Source: TPA_inf: Saccharomyces | Taxonomy: Eukaryota | Length of the DNA: 64,000 nt | Reading direction: 5' to 3' | Assembly: GCA_000146045.2 (NCBI GenBank) | Contig: BK006941.2 | Span: forward strand, 352,001-416,000 | Shown here: piece after piece, positions 12,177 through 25,608 of the stretch | Numbering within the stretch: position 1 is the first letter of the stretch | How the letters are laid out: each line of letters opens with the position of its first letter | Translations under genes and position numbers: made by a program | Notes under the pieces: generated by a model | Databases searched by the model: none | What the model was told of the DNA's origin: nothing | Seen by the model: only the letters and a program-made list of their open reading frames with translations

Positions 12177-12188
12177 GCATGTGAAAAA
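12177..12188. promoter_or_regulatory. ICRE/UAS-INO-like element GCATGTGAAAAA (consensus CATGTGAAAT, 9/10). About 265 bp upstream of HNM1.
   Basis: The motif is seen in the sequence. HNM1 is known to respond to inositol and choline via Ino2/Ino4. Confidence 0.45.
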
Positions 12189-12334
12189 AAAGAGAAGAAA
12201 ATAAAGCCAATTATAAGTCATTACTGACGAAATTATAAGATAAATTAGAGGTACAATATACAAACTAGTGAATAACAGAACTATATAGGACTTAGATAAA
12301 ATAAGTAGTTATATGTAATGTGACTTCAACCAGT

Positions 12335-13996
<1,662 letters not shown>

Positions 13997-14237
13997 TGTG
14001 ATCTTAATTTGCTTGGTTGGTTATTTGGATTTATATGAACCGAAGACAATACAAGGCAGATCTAGTGTCTTGATTATTTCAATATTTCAGAAAGGATGAA
14101 GTTGTCAAAGTGATACAGATACAGATGGCAATGATTCTCAGAAGTCGCGTCCGGCAGCGACAAACCTGCAGAAAGAATTTCAGACAAAATTTGAAAAAAT
14201 ATATATATATATATAGGAAAGGTACGGATTTATAGAT

Positions 14238-14250
14238 ATGTGTGGGTGTT
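14238..14250 (-). promoter_or_regulatory. Rap1 binding site in the RPL7A promoter. It reads ACACCCACACAT on the gene strand and matches ACACCCRYACAY.
   Basis: Seen as tgtgtgggtgt on the plus strand, about 245 bp upstream of the RPL7A ATG. A (TA)8 run at about 14199-14216 lies nearby. Confidence 0.55.
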
Positions 14251-14380
14251 TATATGATCAGTAGCTATTCTCTACTCAACTGATGTGAACTGGAGTACAA
14301 ATTATGCAAGATATTTTTTTGGCCAAGCTACAAACGTAATACGTAGAAGAATGGATAAAATAGATGTATTAAATATCAGC

Positions 14381-14470
14381 CCCGAAAGATGGTGTAATTT
14401 AAGTTGACAACATCGCAATTTTGCTAGTCACTTTTTGGAATGCCAGAATCGGCAGTATCATCACTAAATA
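14381..14470 (-). ncRNA. SNR39B: Free-standing box C/D snoRNA, paralogous to the intronic snR39 (snR39B).
   Basis: On the minus strand the C box GUGAUGA is at 14458-14464 and the D box CUGA is at 14386-14389. The element CACCAUCUUUCG before the D box is the same as in the intronic copy. The ends are approximate. Confidence 0.7.
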
Positions 14471-14924
14471 AATACATCTCTTTATCCTATTCCTCATCTT
14501 GGATAGAGAGTTTACGCATCTGAGCTGTAACATGAAATATCACATGAACTCATATGAGATATAAGACATTAGCTCGTTATTATCAACGCTGCCACGCACA
14601 TTATTTTGTGTTATGCATATCTAAAATAATAAAACCTGTGCTATTATAAGTATATATTTTTGTAACAAAATGAGAAAAGACCAAGGTAAAGAATGTGTTG
14701 CTGAAATATCGAGTTCATCCTTTTTATACTTCGAAAGGCGGTTTTTTTCTCGTTCATCGCAAGGGTGACGGCAGATGTAAAAAAAAAAAAAAAAAATAAA
14801 GTTAGGACTAGCGATTGTCGTAGACGCACATCAATGCTGAATTATTTTGAATTGAAGGATATCATGAACGGTTTACGTGACTATTTTCACTGTGTATGAA
14901 GTGGCACGGTGCAAAGGCCAAGGT

Positions 14925-16088
14925 TTAAATGCCGAATACTCTACTATATGCGTCATCCACATTGGCATTTGAACGGTATTCAGTTTCTAAATCTGTCTGA
15001 TCTTCAAAGAACCATACAATCTTGCTTAATATGCCACTATTTTCCCACCATGATAATTGTAACCTTGAGTTTTGGGATGGTGTGTCATGAGCATATACGT
15101 ATTTTCTAATGTATGGTAGGACACCTGCCAGTAAAGCGAAACAGACTATAATTCTTATTGTTGCTTTTACCCATATGTTGGAGGGAACCGCGGAAATAAA
15201 ATTCTTGAAAGTCCCATCACCATCAGTGGTTGCATGTTTTCGTTTTGAATGTGATACCTTATCGTTACTGCAATTGAGCCCCCTTTCTCGCCGTATTTGA
15301 TCCTTTAGGAAAGATATGGTGTCTGTTTGTCTCTGTAATCTTCTTCTAAACTCTTCCAGAATGGCTTTTTGATCGATTCCCGTTACCAGAGGTGATCCTG
15401 GGTCAGATGTTCTGGAGCTATTTTGATTATCTTCCACTTGTCTAGCTTTCTGTAAGTCGCTGAACCGCTGTTGTATGGAAGCATACTTTTCTTGATAAGT
15501 TTCGAGCCTTATTTTCAATTCGCTTACTTGTCGTTCATTTTCCTGAAGGAGGCTTTGTTTCGCAGTTAGTTCTCTTTTCAATTCCTCCACCTGCACCTCT
15601 AAGGCCTTTCCTATATTATTCCTGCTTAACAGCTTGATAGGTGATTCAGTAAGCTTCTTCCTAGGTGTCGAAATTCCAGCCCCCTCTGTATTCTTGTTCT
15701 TGTTCTCAACCAGAAATTTGGAAGGTGAATTCAAATTCATGCTTACGATAAAATCACTTGGAATAGAATCTACACCAATGAACGCGTTTTCTAAGATTTC
15801 CCTGAGGGGGTGATTAACCAAATTGAAGAAGATATCGTCAAATTCTTCTTTGTGTATTTTAAAGAAGGTTTTTGTATTAGAAAACGTGCGAAACAAATCT
15901 TTATTGATTTCTGAAAACAATGGCAATCGAAGCTCATAGGAACCACTTTTCTGTGCCTTTTGAAAGATATTCTCAATTATCTCGATTAGCTTTGGCAAAT
16001 CTTTACCATATATAAAGTCTCCACTGATGGGTTTGTCAATTTGGCCCCATGCGTACTCAAAAATAGCATCAAACGCACCGTTACTCAT
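14925..16088 (-). CDS. MPS2: Spindle pole body membrane protein, 387 aa, with a coiled coil and a C-terminal TM segment.
   Basis: 387-aa ORF. It has a central coiled coil ([34 protein letters not shown]) and a C-terminal hydrophobic helix. Size and position match YGL075C. Confidence 0.88.
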   Translation of the reverse strand: MSNGAFDAIFEYAWGQIDKPISGDFIYGKDLPKLIEIIENIFQKAQKSGSYELRLPLFSEINKDLFRTFSNTKTFFKIHKEEFDDIFFNLVNHPLREILENAFIGVDSIPSDFIVSMNLNSPSKFLVENKNKNTEGAGISTPRKKLTESPIKLLSRNNIGKALEVQVEELKRELTAKQSLLQENERQVSELKIRLETYQEKYASIQQRFSDLQKARQVEDNQNSSRTSDPGSPLVTGIDQKAILEEFRRRLQRQTDTISFLKDQIRRERGLNCSNDKVSHSKRKHATTDGDGTFKNFISAVPSNIWVKATIRIIVCFALLAGVLPYIRKYVYAHDTPSQNSRLQLSWWENSGILSKIVWFFEDQTDLETEYRSNANVDDAYSRVFGI

Positions 16089-16752
16089 ACTTACGTTGTC
16101 AAAGACAGAATTGTTTGTAAAGCTTTCTTTCTTAACCTTGGAGCCGCCAAAAAAAATACTCCACTAAGGCCAGTAGCAACAACACGTTTTCTTGGATGAT
16201 GCGTTTTCTTGAACAAACAGTACCGACTAGGACTGTTTCAATGAAGTTGTGTACGGTCTGGTAGTATATCTATATTCCGTGATGCCTTTGTGGAGGACGT
16301 TGAGATGAGACTGAGTCGTACACCATGTTATTCCTGTTTACGGTTAATTGCGCGTCGCGCTTTCTCTAGCAAATATCTCGGTTCGAAGTAAAGCAGGTCC
16401 TTCATGTAATGGTAACCTAAGGCAAAGGGTTTGTCATATACCCGTGAAGGCATTTACACAAGCGCACTTCTAGTCATATGCAGTTCATGCATATTAAGTG
16501 AGTGTTATAACGCAAGAGTTATATTTGAAATAGGGTTGTTAAAGAAGGGAGAACCCATTCACCACATTATCTTTGCGAGTGTAAAACTAGATAACTTAAA
16601 TTTTTAGGAGAGATTTTGCCACTTGGCAGCAAATACCAAATAGCAGTACTGTTCCGGTAGATAAAGGCAAAGAGTTAGAGGTGTGCTTTACGAACAGCGC
16701 TGGAAGGGAAAGGAAACAAAAAAGACAAAAAGACAGCTGTATTGTTGGCGCC

Positions 16753-19254
16753 ATGAATAATGCTGCAAATACAGGGACGACCAATGAGTCAAACGTGAGC
16801 GATGCTCCCCGTATTGAGCCTTTACCAAGCTTGAATGATGATGACATTGAAAAAATCTTACAACCGAACGATATCTTTACGACCGATCGTACCGATGCAA
16901 GTACTACATCTTCCACAGCCATTGAAGATATTATTAACCCCTCATTGGATCCGCAGTCAGCAGCATCGCCGGTTCCTTCTTCCTCTTTTTTCCATGACTC
17001 AAGGAAACCTTCCACCAGTACACATTTAGTAAGGAGAGGTACTCCATTGGGAATTTACCAAACCAATCTATACGGTCACAATAGCAGAGAAAATACTAAT
17101 CCTAATAGTACATTATTATCTTCTAAGTTACTCGCGCATCCACCAGTTCCTTATGGGCAAAATCCCGATTTACTACAACATGCTGTGTACAGGGCACAGC
17201 CGTCAAGTGGAACCACTAACGCGCAACCGCGCCAAACCACAAGAAGATATCAATCCCATAAATCACGGCCTGCATTTGTTAATAAACTATGGAGCATGTT
17301 AAACGATGATTCTAATACGAAACTTATACAGTGGGCGGAGGATGGAAAATCTTTTATTGTCACGAATAGGGAGGAATTTGTGCACCAAATTTTACCAAAA
17401 TATTTTAAACATTCCAATTTCGCTTCCTTTGTAAGACAATTGAACATGTATGGATGGCATAAAGTTCAAGATGTCAAGTCAGGATCAATTCAAAGTAGTT
17501 CAGATGATAAGTGGCAATTTGAAAATGAAAACTTCATTAGAGGTAGAGAAGATTTGCTGGAAAAAATAATCAGGCAGAAAGGTTCCTCCAATAACCATAA
17601 TAGCCCTAGTGGTAACGGTAATCCAGCGAATGGTAGCAACATCCCTCTGGACAATGCCGCAGGAAGTAATAATAGCAATAATAACATCAGTAGTAGTAAT
17701 TCATTTTTTAACAATGGTCATTTATTGCAGGGTAAAACACTAAGATTAATGAACGAAGCGAATCTTGGAGATAAGAATGATGTCACCGCGATTTTGGGGG
17801 AATTAGAGCAAATAAAATATAACCAGATTGCAATTTCCAAAGATTTACTAAGAATAAACAAAGATAATGAGTTATTATGGCAAGAGAATATGATGGCCAG
17901 GGAAAGACATAGAACCCAACAGCAAGCCTTGGAAAAAATGTTCAGATTCTTGACATCTATAGTCCCACACTTAGATCCCAAAATGATTATGGACGGGCTG
18001 GGAGATCCGAAAGTTAATAATGAAAAGCTAAACAGTGCGAATAACATTGGGTTAAATCGCGACAACACAGGCACTATAGATGAACTAAAATCCAACGATT
18101 CTTTCATAAACGATGATCGTAATTCTTTCACCAATGCTACAACCAACGCCCGTAATAACATGAGTCCCAACAATGATGACAATAGTATTGACACCGCTAG
18201 CACTAATACCACCAACAGAAAGAAAAATATAGATGAAAACATCAAAAATAACAACGACATAATTAATGACATTATATTTAATACCAACCTTGCCAACAAT
18301 CTCAGCAATTACAATTCCAACAATAATGCTGGCTCGCCAATAAGGCCCTATAAACAAAGATATCTTTTGAAAAATAGAGCCAATTCCTCGACATCGAGTG
18401 AGAATCCAAGCCTAACGCCCTTTGATATCGAATCTAATAATGACCGCAAAATTTCAGAAATTCCTTTTGATGACGAAGAAGAAGAAGAAACGGATTTTAG
18501 GCCTTTTACCTCGCGAGATCCTAATAACCAAACGAGTGAAAACACTTTTGATCCAAACAGATTTACGATGCTCTCTGATGATGATTTAAAAAAAGATTCT
18601 CATACCAATGACAATAAACACAACGAAAGTGATCTTTTTTGGGACAACGTACATAGAAATATAGACGAACAAGATGCAAGACTCCAGAACTTGGAAAATA
18701 TGGTTCACATACTTTCTCCTGGATATCCTAATAAGTCGTTCAACAACAAAACTTCCTCGACAAACACTAATTCCAATATGGAAAGTGCTGTCAACGTTAA
18801 TAGCCCTGGTTTCAACTTACAGGATTATTTAACTGGAGAGTCTAATTCCCCCAATTCTGTTCATTCTGTTCCCTCCAATGGCAGCGGCTCCACACCGTTG
18901 CCCATGCCAAATGATAATGACACCGAGCACGCAAGTACAAGTGTCAATCAAGGCGAAAATGGAAGCGGATTAACGCCCTTCCTCACGGTAGATGATCACA
19001 CACTAAACGACAATAACACTAGTGAGGGAAGTACAAGGGTGTCCCCCGATATAAAGTTCAGCGCCACTGAAAACACTAAAGTGAGTGATAACCTGCCAAG
19101 CTTTAATGACCACAGTTATTCCACCCAGGCCGACACGGCGCCCGAGAACGCTAAGAAAAGATTTGTGGAGGAAATACCGGAACCGGCTATAGTCGAAATA
19201 CAGGACCCGACAGAGTACAACGATCACCGCCTGCCCAAACGAGCTAAGAAATAG
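16753..19254 (+). CDS. HSF1: Heat shock transcription factor, 833 aa.
   Basis: The ORF from the ATG at 16753 begins MNNAANTGTTNESNVSDAPRIEPLPS. The winged-helix DNA-binding domain (AFVNKLWSMLND...FVRQLNMYGWHKV) is followed by a trimerisation coiled coil. This gives 833 aa. The track ORF starts 24 codons upstream at a weaker start. Confidence 0.95.
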   Translation: MNNAANTGTTNESNVSDAPRIEPLPSLNDDDIEKILQPNDIFTTDRTDASTTSSTAIEDIINPSLDPQSAASPVPSSSFFHDSRKPSTSTHLVRRGTPLGIYQTNLYGHNSRENTNPNSTLLSSKLLAHPPVPYGQNPDLLQHAVYRAQPSSGTTNAQPRQTTRRYQSHKSRPAFVNKLWSMLNDDSNTKLIQWAEDGKSFIVTNREEFVHQILPKYFKHSNFASFVRQLNMYGWHKVQDVKSGSIQSSSDDKWQFENENFIRGREDLLEKIIRQKGSSNNHNSPSGNGNPANGSNIPLDNAAGSNNSNNNISSSNSFFNNGHLLQGKTLRLMNEANLGDKNDVTAILGELEQIKYNQIAISKDLLRINKDNELLWQENMMARERHRTQQQALEKMFRFLTSIVPHLDPKMIMDGLGDPKVNNEKLNSANNIGLNRDNTGTIDELKSNDSFINDDRNSFTNATTNARNNMSPNNDDNSIDTASTNTTNRKKNIDENIKNNNDIINDIIFNTNLANNLSNYNSNNNAGSPIRPYKQRYLLKNRANSSTSSENPSLTPFDIESNNDRKISEIPFDDEEEEETDFRPFTSRDPNNQTSENTFDPNRFTMLSDDDLKKDSHTNDNKHNESDLFWDNVHRNIDEQDARLQNLENMVHILSPGYPNKSFNNKTSSTNTNSNMESAVNVNSPGFNLQDYLTGESNSPNSVHSVPSNGSGSTPLPMPNDNDTEHASTSVNQGENGSGLTPFLTVDDHTLNDNNTSEGSTRVSPDIKFSATENTKVSDNLPSFNDHSYSTQADTAPENAKKRFVEEIPEPAIVEIQDPTEYNDHRLPKRAKK

Positions 19255-20011
19255 TACACAGGGCAAGGTCATTAAATAGCGTATATAATCATTTAATATA
19301 GTATGTTCTCGAAGCTGATCGCGTAAGGCGCAGAGCGAACTAAAAAAAATACCGGCACCCATGCACCTCACACCGCCGCACGCGAGTGAGGTTGAACTGC
19401 ACCCGGAAAATGCCAAGTAGATGAGTCGTGAAGAGTTCTCGTTATTCGAGCTAGTGAGAGCCTGAGAAGGGCTTGCCGAGTGAACTGGTGTCACATTGGC
19501 CGTTTTAACGCAAGTTGGCGTACTTATATTGACTGTTGGATGAAAGGGTAATCAAGAGAAACGGAAACGGCCTCCTCATCGTTAAGCTCATCAGTATTCA
19601 TTTCTCCCCTTTCTGCTCCATCGCGTGCTCGAGACTATATTCTTCAGATTATCAAGCAGAAACAGAATTCGCATATTACATAACTTTCACAGGTTGAAGT
19701 ATAAACCGCTACAGTACACAACCTCGGATAGAATATAGGGAAGAGGCCAATTCCGTGAAAACGATTTAATATTCTTTACAGTTACAAAAAGTATTACCTA
19801 TTATCCTCTTTTCGGTGTCATTGACAAACCTCTTAGCGACAGAAACTCCCTAGCAAAAGAGTAAATCCATAGGAACAACAAAAGAAGACAAATTATCATA
19901 ATATAATTGGGAGTGATAGACGACGATTCATGCTATACCGTAGGTTTTTGATACAAGTCTAACAGTTATACTATTTTTAAAAACAAAAAAATAACAGAAA
20001 AATCTACGACA

Positions 20012-22084
20012 ATGGAAGGCTTCAATCCGGCTGACATAGAACATGCGTCACCGATTAATTCATCTGACAGCCATTCATCCTCCTTTGTATATGCTCTACC
20101 CAAAAGTGCTAGTGAATATGTAGTCAACCATAATGAGGGTCGTGCAAGTGCAAGTGGAAATCCAGCCGCAGTGCCGTCTCCCATAATGACACTGAATCTC
20201 AAAAGCACACATTCCCTCAATATTGATCAGCATGTTCATACCTCAACATCGCCGACGGAAACTATTGGGCATATTCATCATGTGGAAAAGCTGAATCAAA
20301 ACAATTTGATTCATCTGGATCCAGTACCCAACTTTGAAGATAAGTCCGATATTAAGCCTTGGTTGCAAAAGATTTTTTATCCTCAAGGAATAGAACTTGT
20401 GATAGAAAGGTCGGACGCATTTAAAGTTGTCTTCAAGTGTAAAGCTGCTAAAAGGGGAAGGAACGCGAGAAGGAAAAGAAAAGATAAGCCCAAAGGACAG
20501 GACCACGAAGACGAGAAATCCAAGATCAATGATGACGAATTAGAATATGCGAGTCCTTCTAATGCCACAGTAACCAATGGGCCTCAAACATCGCCCGATC
20601 AAACATCCTCCATAAAGCCAAAGAAAAAAAGATGTGTATCGAGGTTTAATAACTGTCCGTTTAGAGTACGAGCTACTTATTCGTTAAAGAGGAAAAGATG
20701 GAGCATTGTTGTAATGGACAATAACCATTCACATCAGCTAAAGTTTAACCCTGATTCCGAAGAGTACAAAAAATTCAAAGAAAAATTAAGAAAGGATAAT
20801 GACGTAGATGCAATCAAGAAATTCGACGAATTGGAATACAGAACTTTGGCCAATTTGCCCATTCCAACAGCTACAATCCCCTGTGATTGTGGTTTAACAA
20901 ATGAAATACAAAGTTTCAATGTCGTATTGCCCACTAACAGTAATGTTACTTCATCAGCATCCTCTTCAACTGTATCGTCCATATCCCTTGATTCATCGAA
21001 TGCATCTAAAAGGCCATGCTTACCCTCTGTAAATAACACCGGTAGTATCAATACCAATAACGTAAGGAAACCGAAAAGCCAGTGTAAGAATAAAGACACA
21101 CTCTTAAAAAGAACCACCATGCAGAACTTTCTCACAACTAAATCAAGGCTGCGTAAGACCGGTACGCCAACATCTTCGCAACACTCATCTACAGCATTTT
21201 CAGGATATATTGATGATCCTTTCAATTTGAATGAAATCTTGCCACTGCCGGCATCCGATTTCAAGCTAAACACTGTAACAAATTTGAACGAAATTGACTT
21301 TACGAACATTTTTACCAAATCGCCGCATCCACATAGCGGGTCTACCCATCCAAGACAAGTCTTCGACCAATTGGACGATTGTTCCTCTATACTCTTCTCT
21401 CCATTAACTACAAACACGAATAATGAATTTGAAGGAGAGTCAGATGATTTTGTTCATTCTCCATATTTGAACTCAGAGGCAGATTTCAGCCAAATTCTTA
21501 GTAGTGCTCCCCCAGTCCATCATGACCCAAATGAAACACATCAGGAAAACCAGGATATTATTGATAGATTTGCTAATAGTTCCCAAGAACATAATGAGTA
21601 TATTCTACAATATTTGACGCACTCCGATGCTGCTAACCACAATAACATCGGCGTTCCAAACAACAATTCACATTCGCTAAATACTCAGCATAACGTTTCT
21701 GATCTGGGCAACTCACTTTTAAGACAAGAAGCTTTAGTTGGCAGCTCTTCAACAAAAATCTTCGACGAATTGAAATTTGTACAAAATGGCCCACACGGTT
21801 CTCAACATCCTATAGATTTTCAACATGTTGACCATCGTCATCTCAGCTCTAATGAACCTCAAGTACGATCACATCAATATGGTCCGCAACAGCAGCCACC
21901 GCAGCAATTGCAATATCACCAAAATCAGCCCCACGACGGCCATAACCACGAACAGCACCAAACAGTACAAAAGGATATGCAAACGCATGAATCGCTAGAA
22001 ATAATGGGAAACACATTATTGGAAGAGTTCAAAGACATTAAAATGGTGAACGGCGAGTTGAAGTATGTGAAGCCAGAAGATTAG
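20012..22084 (+). CDS. AFT1: Iron-responsive transcription factor, 690 aa.
   Basis: 690-aa ORF MEGFNPADIEHASPINSSDSHSS... It has a WRKY-GCM1-like N-terminal DNA-binding region and a His/Gln-rich C-terminus. I recognise it as Aft1. Confidence 0.93.
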   Translation: MEGFNPADIEHASPINSSDSHSSSFVYALPKSASEYVVNHNEGRASASGNPAAVPSPIMTLNLKSTHSLNIDQHVHTSTSPTETIGHIHHVEKLNQNNLIHLDPVPNFEDKSDIKPWLQKIFYPQGIELVIERSDAFKVVFKCKAAKRGRNARRKRKDKPKGQDHEDEKSKINDDELEYASPSNATVTNGPQTSPDQTSSIKPKKKRCVSRFNNCPFRVRATYSLKRKRWSIVVMDNNHSHQLKFNPDSEEYKKFKEKLRKDNDVDAIKKFDELEYRTLANLPIPTATIPCDCGLTNEIQSFNVVLPTNSNVTSSASSSTVSSISLDSSNASKRPCLPSVNNTGSINTNNVRKPKSQCKNKDTLLKRTTMQNFLTTKSRLRKTGTPTSSQHSSTAFSGYIDDPFNLNEILPLPASDFKLNTVTNLNEIDFTNIFTKSPHPHSGSTHPRQVFDQLDDCSSILFSPLTTNTNNEFEGESDDFVHSPYLNSEADFSQILSSAPPVHHDPNETHQENQDIIDRFANSSQEHNEYILQYLTHSDAANHNNIGVPNNNSHSLNTQHNVSDLGNSLLRQEALVGSSSTKIFDELKFVQNGPHGSQHPIDFQHVDHRHLSSNEPQVRSHQYGPQQQPPQQLQYHQNQPHDGHNHEQHQTVQKDMQTHESLEIMGNTLLEEFKDIKMVNGELKYVKPED

Positions 22085-22458
22085 CATATAGATGAAATCA
22101 AACTTAGACGTATCTCTCGTCCATTTTCATTACATTTTCATCTTTCTTCATTAATTATATACTGAACATATACGCATCTATACAATTTTGACTTTTTAAA
22201 GAAGAAAAAGAAAACAATAGTATACATTCTTTTTTCTACTTTTGTTACAGATAAAAAATCGTTCTTATTATATTACATATATCGGTGCTAAGATCAGGAT
22301 TTTTTCATGTTCCTTCCCCCTGTTATTTCACATCATCCTTTTGCCGGTAGATTAGGCTGGTGTAAATAGTAGTGCTTTTCTCATACATACAAGACATACG
22401 TGAAGATAAGTCCCATTTTCTCTCCCTCTGTCATTAATTTTGAAAGTTCGTTGAGCAC

Positions 22459-22827
22459 TCATGAAAACTGCGTCCTTTTGTTTTTTTGATCTGAAGTAAA
22501 TATGTGTGAGCAAGATAAGCACACAAAGAATAAAACCATCGAAGTATCCTTTCTTCTTTGTTGTGATTGAAAAAACACATTTTCCCGAGAGTGACATTTG
22601 GGACATTCTCTATCAGATCTCGGAAGAGTGGGATCGGAACCAATATCTTGCACCACTCCCGCAGTTTCACCAATGTTGGTAATCAATTCATGCCTGTAGA
22701 CCAATGGACTGCCCGCTTCTTCTACATACGAGCATGTTCTGCATTCAAATAACAACCGGTTATTTTCTTTATCCTCACGAGGGTACAACATATTGTTGCA
22801 GTCACGACAAAATCTAAACGTAGTCAT
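22459..22827 (-). CDS. RPB9: RNA polymerase II subunit Rpb9, 122 aa, with two Zn ribbons.
   Basis: 122-aa [22 protein letters not shown]... It has two CxxC...CxxC zinc ribbons. It matches Rpb9 exactly as I remember it. Confidence 0.95.
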
Positions 22828-23086
22828 AGCAGTTTTAAGGGGAGTTTAACTTGCTCTTTTGGCTAGATTTTGTAACTTTCGTTCTACCTAGAATCTGCTC
22901 TTGTTCCATTTGACTTACTCTTTAACGCTATTCACCAAAACAAAATTTTTCAACTTACCCGCCCTATGTCTTGAAGTCCAATAAAACAACTCAAACTAAT
23001 GGCAAACAAGAACTCGGTAAGTTCTGGAAGGAACAGGACAAGCAGCCCGTCAGCAGCAAACACAGTCAATTAAATAAGCGCCCAGT

Positions 23087-23671
23087 ATGTCCTTACGTAT
23101 ACTAGCGAAGAGATCTTCTTCTATCTGGATGAAAACGCGCGTTACACCAGCGCTAATTTCTCCTATTACTATCACAACCCGTTTCAATTCTACGACTACA
23201 ACAGCACCATCACATAAGGATGATGTAAGGCCAGTTGATCCTAAAATTTCTAAAATTGTACAGGACATTTCACAATTGACTCTTTTGGAAACTTCCAGTT
23301 TAATCAACGAGCTGAAAACCGTATTGAACATTCCAGAAATTTCCATGCCTATGGGCGGATTCATGGCAGGCGCTGCAGGCGCAGGTGCTGGTAATGTACC
23401 TAGCTCCACTGGTGAAGCTGGTAGTGGTGCTGAAGAAGAAGCTAAGCCTGAGGCAAAGACCGTGTTTACGGTGAAGTTGGACTCGTTCGACACGAAGACT
23501 AAGGCTAAAGTCATCAAGGAAGTCAAGGGATTATTGGGGCTTTCATTAGTTGAAGCTAAGAAATTCGTTGAAGCTGCACCAAAGGTCTTGAAAGAAAATG
23601 TCGCCAAGGATGATGCTGAAAAGATTAAGAAAACCTTGGAAGACTTAGGAGCTAAGGTCAGTTTAGAATGA
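23087..23671 (+). CDS. MNP1: Mitochondrial ribosomal protein of the bL12 (L7/L12) family, 194 aa.
   Basis: 194-aa ORF with an N-terminal mitochondrial presequence, an Ala/Gly-rich hinge and a C-terminal L7/L12 domain ([53 protein letters not shown]). Confidence 0.9.
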
Positions 23672-24100
23672 TTTTAAAACTGTAGCAATCTACCAATCGT
23701 GTTAATCAAAATAGTCTGTTTTCTCTTCGAGAAAATAAGGAATATATCATGTAAATATGTTTAACTCTTTATTCTTCTTTCGTCCTGCCTTTTATATATT
23801 TTGCCACATCGCTTCTTGCAAGTAGATGTATAAAAATGATTGATTTCCTTATTATTTTCTATAGTATCTTCAACTTCATTATGGCATTCGTTTTCGTGTT
23901 ATAAGTATTTCAGACGGGCTAATCTATCACTTCATAAATCTACTTTTCCAACTTACAAAAGCGGTTGCTTTTCTTCGAAATATAAAGCCCACCAACCATA
24001 AGAATAAAGAACAAGAGCAGGAGCGAAACGAAAGAGAAGATAAAGATTGTACCTTTTTGCTCCTGATTTTTTTTTGATTACGCTACGGTTAGTTGAGAGA

Positions 24101-25255
24101 ATGTCCACTGCTGTGACTTTTTTTGGCCAGCATGTCTTGAACAGAGTTTCGTTCTTAAGATGTTCGAAAGAGTTCATCAAAAAATCATTGAACCATGACT
24201 CTACCGTTTTTATCCCATTTATCGAAGGGGAAGCCCTCATTTCGCCCGAAAATGGTGACCTAGTTCAGCTTTCTAATTCTGTAAAGTCTTACAAGAATAT
24301 TTTGTCAGCAATAGTTCCTTTATACACTACTTTATTGAACACAACTCGCTCAAGAAGCGATGAATCAGGCATCAATGTAACATTTTTAGGTCTCCTGGAA
24401 GGCACAGATTCTGCATTTAATTTTGAATGGTCTAATATTTCTTACAAAGGAACACCATATTTTGGATTAGATATCCGTGTTACTGAGAGCACACTCTTCA
24501 AGAAAGTCGACTTTGAGCCTATTTTTTCCTATCCGAAGGTGACCAGAGATCACATTTTCAAACAAACAAATGAGGATGCTTCACTTTATTCACAAGGTAA
24601 GATGTATCTGGATTGGCTAGCAAAGTACAAATTCTGTCCCGGTTGTGGGTCTCCGTTATTCCCAGTAGAGGCAGGAACTAAGCTTCAGTGTTCTAATGAA
24701 AATCGGAATGTATACTGTAATGTGAGAGATGCAAGAATTAATAACGTTTGCTTCCCAAGAACTGATCCAACGGTCATTATAGCCTTGACCAATTCGGATT
24801 ACTCTAAGTGTTGTCTGGCAAGATCAAAAAAAAGGTACGGTGATTTTGTATTGTATTCAACAATAGCAGGTTTTATGGAGCCATCAGAAACCATAGAGGA
24901 GGCTTGTATCAGAGAAATATGGGAGGAAACAGGCATTTCATGCAAAAATATTGATATAGTCCGGTCACAGCCCTGGCCTTACCCTTGCAGTTTGATGATT
25001 GGCTGTTTAGGCATAGTTCAATTCAATTCCAAAAATGAGGTTATCAACCTGAATCATGACGACGAATTATTGGATGCTCAATGGTTTGATACAACTGAAA
25101 TCATTCAAGCTTTGGATAAGTACGCCGGCGGGTATCGTGTTCCATTCAAAAATGATATCAATTTACCTGGAAGTACTACCATTGCCTTCCAATTAATCAA
25201 TCATGTTTGCGAGAACTATAAAAACTTACGTAAGACCTCATCGAGCCATCTATAG
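24101..25255 (+). CDS. NPY1: NADH pyrophosphatase (Nudix hydrolase), 384 aa.
   Basis: The ATG at 24101 gives 384 aa (MSTAVTFFGQHVL...). The Nudix box is EEACIREIWEETGI. It ends SHL, a PTS1-like tripeptide consistent with peroxisomal Npy1. Confidence 0.9.
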   Translation: MSTAVTFFGQHVLNRVSFLRCSKEFIKKSLNHDSTVFIPFIEGEALISPENGDLVQLSNSVKSYKNILSAIVPLYTTLLNTTRSRSDESGINVTFLGLLEGTDSAFNFEWSNISYKGTPYFGLDIRVTESTLFKKVDFEPIFSYPKVTRDHIFKQTNEDASLYSQGKMYLDWLAKYKFCPGCGSPLFPVEAGTKLQCSNENRNVYCNVRDARINNVCFPRTDPTVIIALTNSDYSKCCLARSKKRYGDFVLYSTIAGFMEPSETIEEACIREIWEETGISCKNIDIVRSQPWPYPCSLMIGCLGIVQFNSKNEVINLNHDDELLDAQWFDTTEIIQALDKYAGGYRVPFKNDINLPGSTTIAFQLINHVCENYKNLRKTSSSHL

Positions 25256-25608
25256 TTTTTAATATAATAAACATTGATAAATAGGCGTGCTTCAGCATAT
25301 GGATATTTTTCACTCAGTTACCCGAAGAAAACAGAGGTGCGTCATAATGCAAATGCTAAATGAATGAATATAGGATGTTAGATTGCTGGTACAAGCAATT
25401 TTGAAACAAAAATCATTACGAACAGAAGAAAGTGGAGCTGAAGAGCGTATATAGTTGTTCATAGCTGTAAAATAATTTCTAAATTACTATTTAGAACCTT
25501 TTTGATATCCAGCATCGCTCATTAGAGATTAATTTACCAAAACGGAATAAACCAAAAAAATAAGAATAGTGAACACACAAGAGAAGCGCAAAAGAGTAAA
25601 GAGCTAAA

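Noticed and set aside
16596-17015. 139-aa ORF overlapping the HSF1 5' end on the opposite strand (the YGL074C position). Similar cases are 19003-19494 (the YGL072C position), 23050-23607 (YGL069C, opposite MNP1) and 51437-51742 (YGL052W, overlapping MST27).
   Set aside because: These are classic dubious ORFs. Each overlaps a conserved gene on the other strand or runs through its promoter, and none has a recognisable domain.
17718-18308. 196-aa ORF (and neighbouring 65-90-aa ORFs) antisense to HSF1.
   Set aside because: It lies wholly within the low-complexity Asn/Ser-rich part of HSF1. The translation is hydrophobic low-complexity (LLLLVVLVL...), typical of antisense reading of AAT/AAC-rich sequence. 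There is no independent support.
20734-21417. 227-aa ORF antisense to AFT1. Also 55761-56240 and 56889-57619, antisense to TIF4632.
   Set aside because: They are antisense to well-supported long genes in low-complexity regions, so they are chance open frames.
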